From the NCBI GenBank assembly GCA_029258885.1, contig JAPDJW010000002.1, forward strand, positions 160,001-224,000: a DNA stretch of 64,000 nt. The letters run 5' to 3'. Below the pieces are notes generated by a model. The model was given only the letters and a program-made list of their open reading frames with translations. It ran no database searches and was not told the DNA's origin. Source of the stretch: Thermoproteota archaeon. Its GTDB lineage: Archaea > Thermoproteota > Thermoprotei > Thermofilales > B9-G17. This document shows positions 40,001-49,058 of the stretch, piece by piece (position 1 is the stretch's first letter; the number at the start of each line of letters is the position of its first letter). The translations under genes were made by a program, and so were the position numbers.

Positions 40001-41506
40001 TTAATGGGACAGGAGACGTTATCCAGCATACAGGCGATGGTTGGATTAAGGGCAAATATTTCGCCTAGAGTATGGCTTTATCCGACATCTAGAGTATTCT
40101 CGGCAGAGGGAGTTCTAATGAAAGTTAAAAGTACTCATGGGGAGACCTACATAAGAGCATTACTAGGTCTATCTCCAACAGAGCCTATGAATCCACTAGA
40201 TTTAGGCGTTATATATGAAGGTAAGGCGTTAAGGTGGTTTATAGAGGAAGACGAGTACGTATGCTATATTCCATCCGAAATTGCCTCCCAGCTAAACGTC
40301 GATGTAGGCGATACGATAAATGTTGCTGGAATAGACCTCAGGATCCTAGGAATATATGACGAAAAAATGTACGACTACTACCTCGATATTTTCGGCGATA
40401 AATTTACGCCACTAAATCCACAGAGAATAATTTCACTATCTCTAGAAACTCTGCCAGAGGAGGAGTTTGTTACCCTACCTTTCGGCGATGTAATTATAGT
40501 TCCATACGAGCTAGCACTAGAGCTTGGAGGAAACATAGCTAGCATTGCCATAACATCAAATGATGCAGAGTACATAGATAGCCTAGCATGGGAGCTTGCC
40601 GCTCATACAGCCTTTGACGTCATTTTGAGTAAAAACGGCGAAGTATTCATGTTACATAGAAGAGTAATATCGATGATAAGAGGACTTGAATACATAGCAT
40701 TCCCGTTGATCATAGGCTCACTCAATATATTTATAACAATACTTGGATCCATAAAGGAGAGGGAGAATGAAATAAAAATATACAGCTCCCTAGGCCTCTC
40801 CCCAACGGGAGTATTCGCTCTGTTCCTAGTCGAAACAATGACATACGCTTTTATAGCAATAGTTCCAGGATACATTTTAGGCATACTCTTCAACGTGTAC
40901 CTGGTGGCAAATGACATACTTCCACCAGGTTTCTCCGCAAACTACACCTCCTCCGCCGAAGTCTACACAGTTAGCATAACCTTGCTAGCTACGATCGCAG
41001 CATCCCTCTATCCTATAATGAGGGTATCAAGAACAGTCACGCCATCTTTTGAAAGAAAATGGAAGATACCGACCAAGCCCGTAGGAGATACATGGGAGAT
41101 ACCACTTCCATTTTCAGTAACAAATGAAAAATCTGTTAAGGGCATCATATATTACCTTCAAGAATTCTTTAAGGGGCTCATGATAGAAACCGATCAGCCC
41201 TACATAGTCAGGGCATTAAACTATGACCTATCCAAGAACGAAATAGATATGGTGGTAGCATTAAAGCCCATAGAATCTAATGTTACCCAGGATGTAATAA
41301 TTAGAGCTTTAAGAGTGGAAGAAAATAAGTTCTCTTTCACTATAATTGTAAAGAGAAGAACTGGAGCTAAACTTGTATGGAAATCTTCCAACTACAGGTT
41401 CATAGATGCTGTGAGGAAACAGCTGCTTACATGGCGCTTCATAGGTCCAGAGAAGAGGAGACGATACATAATGCTGGCATTAAAATCCTCTACCTCCACG
41501 AGCTAA
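37043..41506 (+). CDS. PA + M28 peptidase-like ectodomain fused to MacB/FtsX-like permease, module copy 2
   Basis: ATG 37043 after GAGGTGG (track 37037). SHYDSWS, GGHWQALAG, NMRVRKLRT and GSIKERENEIKIYSSLGLSP. Confidence 0.85.
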   Translation: MNKKLLIVIIPLLLTVQLVASKPEGESIYKELYDKINLDNIKYHVKYLSSLDTLFVGYEGYYKAADYIESKFREYGLKVWRHEFKVVVPIDEGSYIIYRKTGEKLRAYAMLPNLVQTCSGRISGELVYVKGYDLQELSGVSLEDKIVLMEYNTYRNWLYLANLGAKAVIFIEPSETDLRQSIAKVLSVPLNFTRVYVTGDVASRLKEIAREGGVIDLVVNMKFKEVVGYNIIGELKGELENDVILMVSHYDSWSAVPGRSLALDDIVSVSSLLEIARIMSKYKHKRTIWFVAFGGHWQALAGPRSFVEDYCFNETVQRGELKLWMAIGIDFSLRGNKTALVDAGYFYSYDGGNRANLLARFRGTLRPLRTGEVSPIERYLARVIEEIYEGRIKLPQLLDSGIVEENIGWWASIQEPYILDTEPFMASGGIGFTFYTGDVFRPERGTTVIPKRSFNYENLKPQIIVALATLYGFANEEDWALNWDEVKASRAFVVSGGATALYTAKGFNYIEGKVVEYSLIQGKYIPVPNAIVVIHRGDPINFPYNVIYTFADKNGTFRIYGSTPNTGIMSPYGGYGSYHVSAYVLDDKGRVIYAPDYGIYGHRRFPSTVLARHEINRIQARVFRVKGRIYLYGLVDPYTVSVRSATRYVNPFSYWASPPTFYITLFKSETLSEPMSFYVSVQPPVAVIFTPRELNKVTLLIKYGALGRIVGLLQEIPISAEVHVHRTIYNIAINLYNISSERYLKLKNSFIEIFLVEETLSHTRKLIDEAKANLIKRDYNGFFSSAIFSWLWSIDSYRNVMAVVFDVANTSAIFFVLLLPFTFFFERLVFHAEGYKRFAVIVSTAILLTVFFSVIHPSTKLASNAYVGFLGVTLGGIFIAIIVLFTEELRSFLKEIRKKLRGEHFIEKGLVPMTTIAFSVALENMRVRKLRTVLVLFTIITTVFSLIALASFSYAISVYDKYPIKYEGEPPYEGLLVKLGIGAPWDLMGQETLSSIQAMVGLRANISPRVWLYPTSRVFSAEGVLMKVKSTHGETYIRALLGLSPTEPMNPLDLGVIYEGKALRWFIEEDEYVCYIPSEIASQLNVDVGDTINVAGIDLRILGIYDEKMYDYYLDIFGDKFTPLNPQRIISLSLETLPEEEFVTLPFGDVIIVPYELALELGGNIASIAITSNDAEYIDSLAWELAAHTAFDVILSKNGEVFMLHRRVISMIRGLEYIAFPLIIGSLNIFITILGSIKERENEIKIYSSLGLSPTGVFALFLVETMTYAFIAIVPGYILGILFNVYLVANDILPPGFSANYTSSAEVYTVSITLLATIAASLYPIMRVSRTVTPSFERKWKIPTKPVGDTWEIPLPFSVTNEKSVKGIIYYLQEFFKGLMIETDQPYIVRALNYDLSKNEIDMVVALKPIESNVTQDVIIRALRVEENKFSFTIIVKRRTGAKLVWKSSNYRFIDAVRKQLLTWRFIGPEKRRRYIMLALKSSTSTS

Positions 41507-41642
41507 CAACAATATATATTATAATATAATGATTTATTTGCAAATGAAATTTTTATTTCAAAACAAAAAAGATTTACATATATAAGCTCAACGTTAAAGC
41601 TTAAATAGACTTACGATTAATTTTCCCTCAGGGTGTTCTTTT

Positions 41643-43676
41643 ATGAGTTCTAGTACAGAGGTTCGGGAGGAAGTTATTGAGAAGGGATTAACGCCGAGAG
41701 CTATAATTCTGTCTTTCGCTATACTATTAGCGACTTTTGCTGAAGAGCTTATACTTTACATAAGCCCCGACTTACGCTGGTTTAATGCATGGTTCCCTCT
41801 TCCGCCATTCCTCTTAATATTCATAGACTATGCTTTGGGCAAGATTAATCCACGTTTTAAACTCAGGAGAGGCGAGTGGGTAGTAGTAATAGCTGCTGCC
41901 TCAGCAATAACATTCTCCACCTATCTACAGCATGGACCATCATACGTATTCATGATGCCGATATTAGCTCAAGGACCATTTATGCCTCTCTACTTTAAGA
42001 TGCATCCATCATTCAAGAAGTATGGGTTAGGCGATCTATATCCTGTATTCATGTGCCCGACAAGCCCTGAGGCCATAGATGCTTTCACCTATGGAGGCCC
42101 GTTCAATATAGGTGATTGGCTACCCTTCATAATCTTCTGGACACTGCAGTGGATATTCCTGGTAATGATATATGTCTTCTTCGGTTTCATGCTTAGAAAA
42201 CCGTTTGTAGAGATAGAGAGGATCCCATTCCCATACGTTATTGCTACAACTGAAGTAATCAAAATGTATACCACCGTAGAGGACAATAAGCCATCTATCT
42301 TCAATTTAAAGAACCCGAGGACTAAGATGTTCTATATAGGCTTTGCATTAGGTCTCTTCTTCACATTCCCGGGCTTTATTCAGAAGGTATTCTTCCCAGA
42401 GTTCTGGGGAGGAGTACCGTACAGCTACTCATTCGACCTCTCAACGTACGTCAGGTCCTTCCTGCCGGGCTCATACACCAGAGGGCTAATAGTACTCCAG
42501 GACATAGCCTTATCCTATCTAATAAACATAGATATTCTGGCAAGCGTAATAATATTCTACGTAATATTCTCAATAATATATCCAGTGCTCGGAGTAACTA
42601 TGGGATTTCTGCCCTACAAGGTAGGATACGAGAGAAGCCAATGGTACTATGGCAGAAGGTACGGTCCATTCCACTGGATAGATTTCATGTATTGGCTACC
42701 ATTTGCAATAGGATTGTGGGTCCTTCTAAATAACTGGAGCCACATAAAGGGTATATTAACAACATTCTATACTGGCAAGGATGTAGTTGAAAGCGGAGTA
42801 TCCTACAAGTTCATATCATGGGGAGCATTAATATCCTTCATAGGCTTCTGGCTTCTATGGATAATTGCTGGAGCACCAATAATAGCTTCACTAATACTAA
42901 TAGCCTTCATGATAATCTGCTTCTTCGGATACACCTACGCTAGGGCGGAGGCAGGCTTTGTTCCATGGAACCTGTACTCAAGGCTTAATCTACCCTACGA
43001 CATTGGAGCAGCTACTCTAGCATTCAACTGGACACAACCGGATCCAAGGGCTTTCACATATTCAACGATGTTCATGGCTTCATGGAACGATGGCCACAGA
43101 ATGACTGGCTTTGCTATGTGGAACCACATGGGTCTCTACAAGATGGCCGACGAGCTAAAGACCAGAGCCAAGGATATAGTTATAATCTTACTAATAATGG
43201 GTGTTGCTACAGCCATATTGGTACATACTGTCGGTATATGGGCGTACACGGCATACGGAGGATGGACTGGACCAATGGGTAAAGATACTATAGGCTATGC
43301 AGCATGGTATGCATGGTTCCCATTAATTGACGCTAAAACTGGAAAGAAGCCGGCGTTTTGGAACCCGGAGTGGGGATTCCCGTATAACTGGACATTATTC
43401 ATTACGGGTATACTATTCACGTTAGGCTGCTTCTTCGCTAGAGCAAGGTGGCCATGGTTCATACTGAATCCAATAGGTATCTTCGGAGCATACGGCTACT
43501 GGTTCTGGCCAAATGCCCTAATAGCGTTAATCCTCAAGTACTTAACACTAAAGATAGGTGGAACAGAGCTCTACTACAAGATAGGAATACCGCTAGCAGT
43601 AGGATTCATAGTGGGTGTAGGGTTCCTCACGACGTTCACGTACCTAATATTCTTCGTACAGGCCCTAACAAAATAA
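41643..43676 (+). CDS. Polytopic membrane protein, class B (DUF6785/DUF6784-like), module copy 2
   Basis: KGLTPR, FVEIERIPFP, FLPGSY, FILNPIG and KYLTLKIGGTELYY. Confidence 0.72.
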   Translation: MSSSTEVREEVIEKGLTPRAIILSFAILLATFAEELILYISPDLRWFNAWFPLPPFLLIFIDYALGKINPRFKLRRGEWVVVIAAASAITFSTYLQHGPSYVFMMPILAQGPFMPLYFKMHPSFKKYGLGDLYPVFMCPTSPEAIDAFTYGGPFNIGDWLPFIIFWTLQWIFLVMIYVFFGFMLRKPFVEIERIPFPYVIATTEVIKMYTTVEDNKPSIFNLKNPRTKMFYIGFALGLFFTFPGFIQKVFFPEFWGGVPYSYSFDLSTYVRSFLPGSYTRGLIVLQDIALSYLINIDILASVIIFYVIFSIIYPVLGVTMGFLPYKVGYERSQWYYGRRYGPFHWIDFMYWLPFAIGLWVLLNNWSHIKGILTTFYTGKDVVESGVSYKFISWGALISFIGFWLLWIIAGAPIIASLILIAFMIICFFGYTYARAEAGFVPWNLYSRLNLPYDIGAATLAFNWTQPDPRAFTYSTMFMASWNDGHRMTGFAMWNHMGLYKMADELKTRAKDIVIILLIMGVATAILVHTVGIWAYTAYGGWTGPMGKDTIGYAAWYAWFPLIDAKTGKKPAFWNPEWGFPYNWTLFITGILFTLGCFFARARWPWFILNPIGIFGAYGYWFWPNALIALILKYLTLKIGGTELYYKIGIPLAVGFIVGVGFLTTFTYLIFFVQALTK

Positions 43677-43688
43677 ACAATATTTTTT

Positions 43689-44870
43689 CTATTTTCTTCT
43701 AATAATCCACCTACATAGAATAGCTATGGCAACTACTAGTAAGCCAGCCAGTATTATATATCTATTATTTACGGAATTTTCTTCAATATTTTCGCCTTGA
43801 ATAATAGATTTAATTGCCTCCGCCTTACCTGGATCCTTTATTAGCAAATCAACATTAAAGAAAACCACTCCATCTACGTTGCTTGAAAGAGCATATTTCA
43901 ACTCGTCGGCTATAGTTTTAGTATCGTATCCTAGGTATATACCTACTAAAAGAGGCACTTTACCGGAAACCGTATTTATCTCATCATCTACGTATACCTT
44001 AAATTTATCTACATCGCCTGTGTAAGCCATCGTGACAACATAGTCAAGCCACCCTTCTTCAACCCACCTCTTCCAGTCCTGAAGCTGGTATCTATAGCTG
44101 CTGCCGTATCCAGCTAAATTGTAGACGGGAAACACGGCGGCGGAAACCTTAACCTCAGGCTTTATTGATTTAACTTTCTCGTAGGTCAACCTAACTATCT
44201 CTGAGACACTATTTCTTCTAAAACTATCCCATAAATCTCGACTATAGCTAGGGTCTATATTATATATTTGAATAAATTTGTTTCTGCTTACTATACCGTA
44301 GGCATCTCTGTTGGGATACCTTATTCGGTCAAGCTGAATTCCCTCAATAGGATAATTTTTCACTATCTCCTCGACTACTGATAAAATCCTTGCTCTGGCC
44401 TCTTCAGCCTCGGGATCCATCCACCCTATAACATTACCATATCTATCACGTAATGCTATATCTCTGTGTTTGCTAAGCCAAGGGCTAGGCGTAGTCTCTC
44501 CTTCAGCTAAGGCATTAACATACACGTTAACGCTGATGTTATACTCTAAAGCTTTATTAACTATATACTCGAGTGGATCCCAACTATATTTAGGGCTGAG
44601 AGGGGCTATTAAGCTGTTATAGTAGGTGAAGCCCCAGGGGTCTTTAGCTAGGAAGAATATCGTATTTATGCCTATATCACTTAACATTTTAAAGACTTCA
44701 TCTACCTGCTTACACCAAACATCTTTTTCACTACTCCAATAATCCGAGTAAATGCCCCACCATATCCCTATAACCTTACTCTTGTTCTGATGATCCATAC
44801 AATCAGTATGCTTATGATAAATAGTTAAAGCTAAAACCACGGCTATAATAACCAGTAATGCTAGACGCAT
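43689..44870 (-). CDS. Glycosyl hydrolase-like 10 (GHL10/DUF187, YddW/DigH-like), membrane anchored
   Basis: GINTIFF, YYNS, WMDP, YPIEGIQLDRIRYP and QDWKRWVEEGWLDYVVTMAY. N- and C-terminal TM segments. ATG 44870 after GGTGA. Confidence 0.85.
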   Translation of the reverse strand: MRLALLVIIAVVLALTIYHKHTDCMDHQNKSKVIGIWWGIYSDYWSSEKDVWCKQVDEVFKMLSDIGINTIFFLAKDPWGFTYYNSLIAPLSPKYSWDPLEYIVNKALEYNISVNVYVNALAEGETTPSPWLSKHRDIALRDRYGNVIGWMDPEAEEARARILSVVEEIVKNYPIEGIQLDRIRYPNRDAYGIVSRNKFIQIYNIDPSYSRDLWDSFRRNSVSEIVRLTYEKVKSIKPEVKVSAAVFPVYNLAGYGSSYRYQLQDWKRWVEEGWLDYVVTMAYTGDVDKFKVYVDDEINTVSGKVPLLVGIYLGYDTKTIADELKYALSSNVDGVVFFNVDLLIKDPGKAEAIKSIIQGENIEENSVNNRYIILAGLLVVAIAILCRWIIRRK

Positions 44871-44929
44871 GGCGTTCACCATTAAGAGGGAAAACTCAAT
44901 TCATTAAAAAGATGCGAAATAATAAAAAA

Positions 44930-46963
44930 TTATAGTCTTCTTAATAATGAAGGTAACCCGATGTTGAAGAAGGCTATGAATGCTGAAACTATAGCACCCA
45001 CACCGTATCCGGCTAGCAGTCCGGCTGCTATCGGTACTAAATACTCTTCGTAGGCTCTAGCTCCACCGATTCTAAGAACCACGTACTTTATTATAAATGC
45101 CAGAAATATCGTTGCCCACCACCAGTCGGTTACCCAGCTTACAGCAATACCTACTGGATTTATGAAGAACCAGGCAAACCTTGATCTAAGGAGGTAGATT
45201 ATGAATACTAAAACTATTCCTCCAGCTGTTAGCATCATTCTCTCTTCGCTGGTTGTAGTAGGCGGTCTACCGAACGTAAGTTCCCATGTTCTACGCATAC
45301 CACCTTCGGTGTATACTGAGTGTAAACCTCCTAGTGCACTGTATCCTCCGAATCTAGAGTACCATATGGGCCATATTATTTCAGCTGAAAAGGCTGCCGA
45401 AATAAGTGTGATCAGCGAGATTATGAATACCAGCTTAGCGGGAACTTTACTCATTGACGCCATTCTATATAGTTTAAGTTGATGGGGCATAGCGATGGAG
45501 GCCATTCTTAGCCCTCCAGAGCCTAGCGATTGATACATGATCATAGTTCTGTATGCTAAAATTGACTGTGCTGGAGCTGGCCCCCACAGTCCCATGTAAT
45601 GTAGAAAGTCGAAAATTTGCTTCTGATGATGGTGTATTGCTGGAAGGTACTCGTGGCTTTCGCCTACAACTCTGCTCCAGGAGATCATTGTCAGTAAGTA
45701 CCATAGTACGGCTATTGCTGAGATATGTATTGGTATATTCGCCATTGAGAATAGTAAGATGCCGAGTACGAGGAAGAGTAGAGCTCCGATAGCCATAGTC
45801 CTATAGGATAACCCTTCATCCTCACCTCCTCCCTCTTCGATACCTAACCCTATCTTAAATACTTCTATAATGTATCTTCTGTGGTTATAGAGGGTCCATA
45901 GTCCCAGTCCTATTACTACTCCAAATAGTCCAAATAGTTCGAATTTAAATGGACCATATAGCCTCCCGTAGTACTGGTACGAGTAGCGTTCAATTCCTAC
46001 CCTATAGGGCAGCCATCCTCCTCTTATACCTATTACCGGATAAATTATGCAGAAAATGAGCCACCAGAGTAGGCACGTCATTAGCATATCAAGTGGCGCG
46101 AAAATTAACACTAACACATCTGGAGGTACTAAATATACTCTCGTGAAAGCTCCTGGCAGAAAGTCTCTCGTCATAGGTGTTATATCAAGCTCGTGAGTTC
46201 TGAAGTCTATAATGCCTCTAGGTAGCGTAGGCAGTACAAATGATCTTACAGCATCTTGTATACTTATAAGGAATCCTATGATGAAGCTTACAAAGAATAG
46301 CTTAGCTACCCTAGATTTAAGGTTGAATAATTTAGGTTTATCCTTGCTTCTCTCTACATACCACATTGTCATGTATGCAGACGGTAGTATGCCTGGAAAC
46401 GGCAATCTTTCAACGTCAACCAGTGGTTTTCTTAAAATGTAGCCCCAGAAATAGGTGCCTCCTATAAACACTACAACCCATATACTCCAGAATATAGCTG
46501 AATAAATGAATTCGATGGATAATGGTCCACCGAAATATATTGAATCAATTATCGAGTCAGGCGGCCTTACGGGAGTAGGCACGAGCATTCTAGTTATTTC
46601 TCTATAGGGATCTGTAGCTCCAGCATATACGAATATTGCTTGATTAAATGTTGGTAGAGGCGCTAGCGTCCATTGGAGTAGTCCATACTCCGCATATGCC
46701 TGACCAGCCACTAAATACATAATGGTGAATAGGAGCACTAAGTTTAATGGAGATATTCTAAGCTTAGGTGACGCTTTTTCCAGTAAAAATAGGATGAGCA
46801 GATTTATGAACCAAGGTAGGGGAAATATTCCAGGCCATGACGCCCAGTCAGTGAACGACTGCATAATAGTATTAAGTACAAAGGCTATTGGTGGAACTAT
46901 AATAGCAACAGCTATTATCCAAGGCTTTAACCTATATTCCACCTCACGCTCGGCCAAGAGCAT
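44930..46963 (-). CDS. Polytopic membrane protein, class B (DUF6785/DUF6784-like), module copy 3
   Basis: LVDVERLPFP, FLPGAF, YYGRLYGPF, FFINPVG and KYVVLRIGGARAYE. Start uncertain (46957-46966). Confidence 0.72.
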   Translation of the reverse strand: MLLAEREVEYRLKPWIIAVAIIVPPIAFVLNTIMQSFTDWASWPGIFPLPWFINLLILFLLEKASPKLRISPLNLVLLFTIMYLVAGQAYAEYGLLQWTLAPLPTFNQAIFVYAGATDPYREITRMLVPTPVRPPDSIIDSIYFGGPLSIEFIYSAIFWSIWVVVFIGGTYFWGYILRKPLVDVERLPFPGILPSAYMTMWYVERSKDKPKLFNLKSRVAKLFFVSFIIGFLISIQDAVRSFVLPTLPRGIIDFRTHELDITPMTRDFLPGAFTRVYLVPPDVLVLIFAPLDMLMTCLLWWLIFCIIYPVIGIRGGWLPYRVGIERYSYQYYGRLYGPFKFELFGLFGVVIGLGLWTLYNHRRYIIEVFKIGLGIEEGGGEDEGLSYRTMAIGALLFLVLGILLFSMANIPIHISAIAVLWYLLTMISWSRVVGESHEYLPAIHHHQKQIFDFLHYMGLWGPAPAQSILAYRTMIMYQSLGSGGLRMASIAMPHQLKLYRMASMSKVPAKLVFIISLITLISAAFSAEIIWPIWYSRFGGYSALGGLHSVYTEGGMRRTWELTFGRPPTTTSEERMMLTAGGIVLVFIIYLLRSRFAWFFINPVGIAVSWVTDWWWATIFLAFIIKYVVLRIGGARAYEEYLVPIAAGLLAGYGVGAIVSAFIAFFNIGLPSLLRRL

Positions 46964-47022
46964 CACCTAATTTACTTCATATATCTAATAGATAAAAATA
47001 TAAGAAAATATATTAAGGTTGT

Positions 47023-48828
47023 TTATTTCTTGGTTTCCTCCTCTTTTCTAGGCTTAGCCTTCCTTATCTTCAGGAATACGAAAACTATTATCAGTATTAT
47101 GATTATTACTGCTGCAGCTATTAGGTTCCCGTACTTAGTCATAAATGGTATCTCAATCTTAAACTTTACAACTGCTTCTGCCTTGTTTCCAGCTTTATCG
47201 TAGGCTACTATCTTAAGCTCATGCTCACCCTCGGGAACCTTTGCAAATATAGACGTTGTTGATGTAGTAGTCTCATGTAGCTGGCCATCAAGATATACCT
47301 CAAACTTATCTATGCCGGCCCCTTCGTCAGAAGCTGTCCATGTGGCTGTAAACTCTGTCTGAGGTATAGTTTCCCCAGACTTAGGTGAGGTAATGGTTAT
47401 TGTTGGTGGAGTAACGTCAACATTAAATATCCTGCTTGCCGACGTAGTCTCGCCCCTAACGTTATAAACAACTATGGTTACATTATGAGAACCTGTAGTG
47501 AGGCCTGTTAGTGTATATGTTGTTTGATTAACTGGAATGTTTGCCGCTATACGCTCTCCATCCAGATATATCTCTATCTTCTCCAATCCTACTCCCTGAA
47601 CAAGCCACTCAACCTCAACATCTCCAGTACTCCATCCAGCCTCTAAAGGCTTCAAAATCGTAACTATTGCTGGAGGTAAGGTGCCTATAGCGTATACGAA
47701 TCCATCATTAGACCCCACGAATAATATTCCATCTCCAAAGCTTACATCCTGGACATCAGCCCCAAATACCGTCAAATTCCAAAGCATTTCTCCAGTACTT
47801 GCATCAAGACAGTAAAGTATTGCATGGTCTGTACCAAAGTACAGTCTTCCCTCAGCATAAACCACATGCTGATAGAATGGCCCGCTCCCCTGGAACTCCC
47901 ATACGACCTCTCCAGTATCCTTATTAACGGCTATTATCTTAGCATCAGGCTTATACTCCTTAACAATAACATAGCCTTCAGGTATTACCAGAGGCTGATT
48001 ATATATACCTCTTCCAAACTTGTACTGCCATATAACCTCTCCCGTTTCAGCGTTAAGCGCATATAACGTGCTACCTCCACCAGTTATATCACCGACAACA
48101 TATACTACTCCATCGTGGAACGTTACTCCAAACGGCGCGCCGCCAGTATTAAACTCCCAGAGCTTATTGCCAGTATCTGGGTCAAGGCAGTAAACCTTGC
48201 CATCATAGCTTGCCCAGTAGAGCTTACCATTACCTAATGCGGCTGGACCTCTAACTTGTCCGCCAGTCTCAAACTGCCAAATAAGTTCTCCAGTAGTTGC
48301 ATTAACGCAGTACATGAAGTAATCCTTAGATCCAAAGTATAGTTTGCCATTATATACTAGCGGCGGTGTCATTATAGCTCCAGCAGTCTCAAACTGCCAT
48401 ATCAGCTCTCCGGTATAGAAGTCAAGGGCATACATTATGTTATCGTAGCTACCAATAAACACGTAAGTTCTTCCATCAGTCCCCTCCCATACACATGGCG
48501 TACTATAGATGGGTCCACCTGTTGGGAATGACCATATCCATTTACCAGTAAATTCCTCTAGGCAGTGAACTAAGCCATTTCTCTCACCATATATAACTCT
48601 ATCCTTATATACCAGTATTTGACCCCAGTGTTTAGCGCCATCTTCATACTTCCACAAGATGTTTGGCTCCTCAGGACCGTCTGTGGCAACGCCATTGCGT
48701 TCGGGACAGCCCATATACATTGTCCACCACGGTCTCTCCTGGGGCTGTGAATAAACTGCTGGCATATAAAACGGCGCTATACTGAACGAAAGAAGCAATA
48801 CTAACAACATTAAGATACTTTTTTTCAT
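47023..48828 (-). CDS. Secreted PQQ-like beta-propeller surface protein with FN3/Ig-like domains and C-terminal TM
   Basis: Signal peptide, repeated WQFETGG/WEFNTGG blades, DVTPPTITITSP Ig repeats, TM and basic tail. ATG 48828. Confidence 0.85.
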   Translation of the reverse strand: MKKSILMLLVLLLSFSIAPFYMPAVYSQPQERPWWTMYMGCPERNGVATDGPEEPNILWKYEDGAKHWGQILVYKDRVIYGERNGLVHCLEEFTGKWIWSFPTGGPIYSTPCVWEGTDGRTYVFIGSYDNIMYALDFYTGELIWQFETAGAIMTPPLVYNGKLYFGSKDYFMYCVNATTGELIWQFETGGQVRGPAALGNGKLYWASYDGKVYCLDPDTGNKLWEFNTGGAPFGVTFHDGVVYVVGDITGGGSTLYALNAETGEVIWQYKFGRGIYNQPLVIPEGYVIVKEYKPDAKIIAVNKDTGEVVWEFQGSGPFYQHVVYAEGRLYFGTDHAILYCLDASTGEMLWNLTVFGADVQDVSFGDGILFVGSNDGFVYAIGTLPPAIVTILKPLEAGWSTGDVEVEWLVQGVGLEKIEIYLDGERIAANIPVNQTTYTLTGLTTGSHNVTIVVYNVRGETTSASRIFNVDVTPPTITITSPKSGETIPQTEFTATWTASDEGAGIDKFEVYLDGQLHETTTSTTSIFAKVPEGEHELKIVAYDKAGNKAEAVVKFKIEIPFMTKYGNLIAAAVIIIILIIVFVFLKIRKAKPRKEEETKK

Positions 48829-49058
48829 AAATTCTCCCCCCACCTGGATTTATCTTTTAGCTTTAGAACTTATAAGTTTTAACATTAAATTTATATATTA
48901 GATGGCTAACTTTTTATCAAATTTTCTATCGAAGGAAATTATCAAAATATTATACTACATATTTCCCAAAACAATTTATGGTAAAAATATAAGTCTTAGG
49001 CGGGATAAGCGTTATTTAGGTAAAGATTTAATCTAGTATAAGCCGTGGAGGGACGGTT

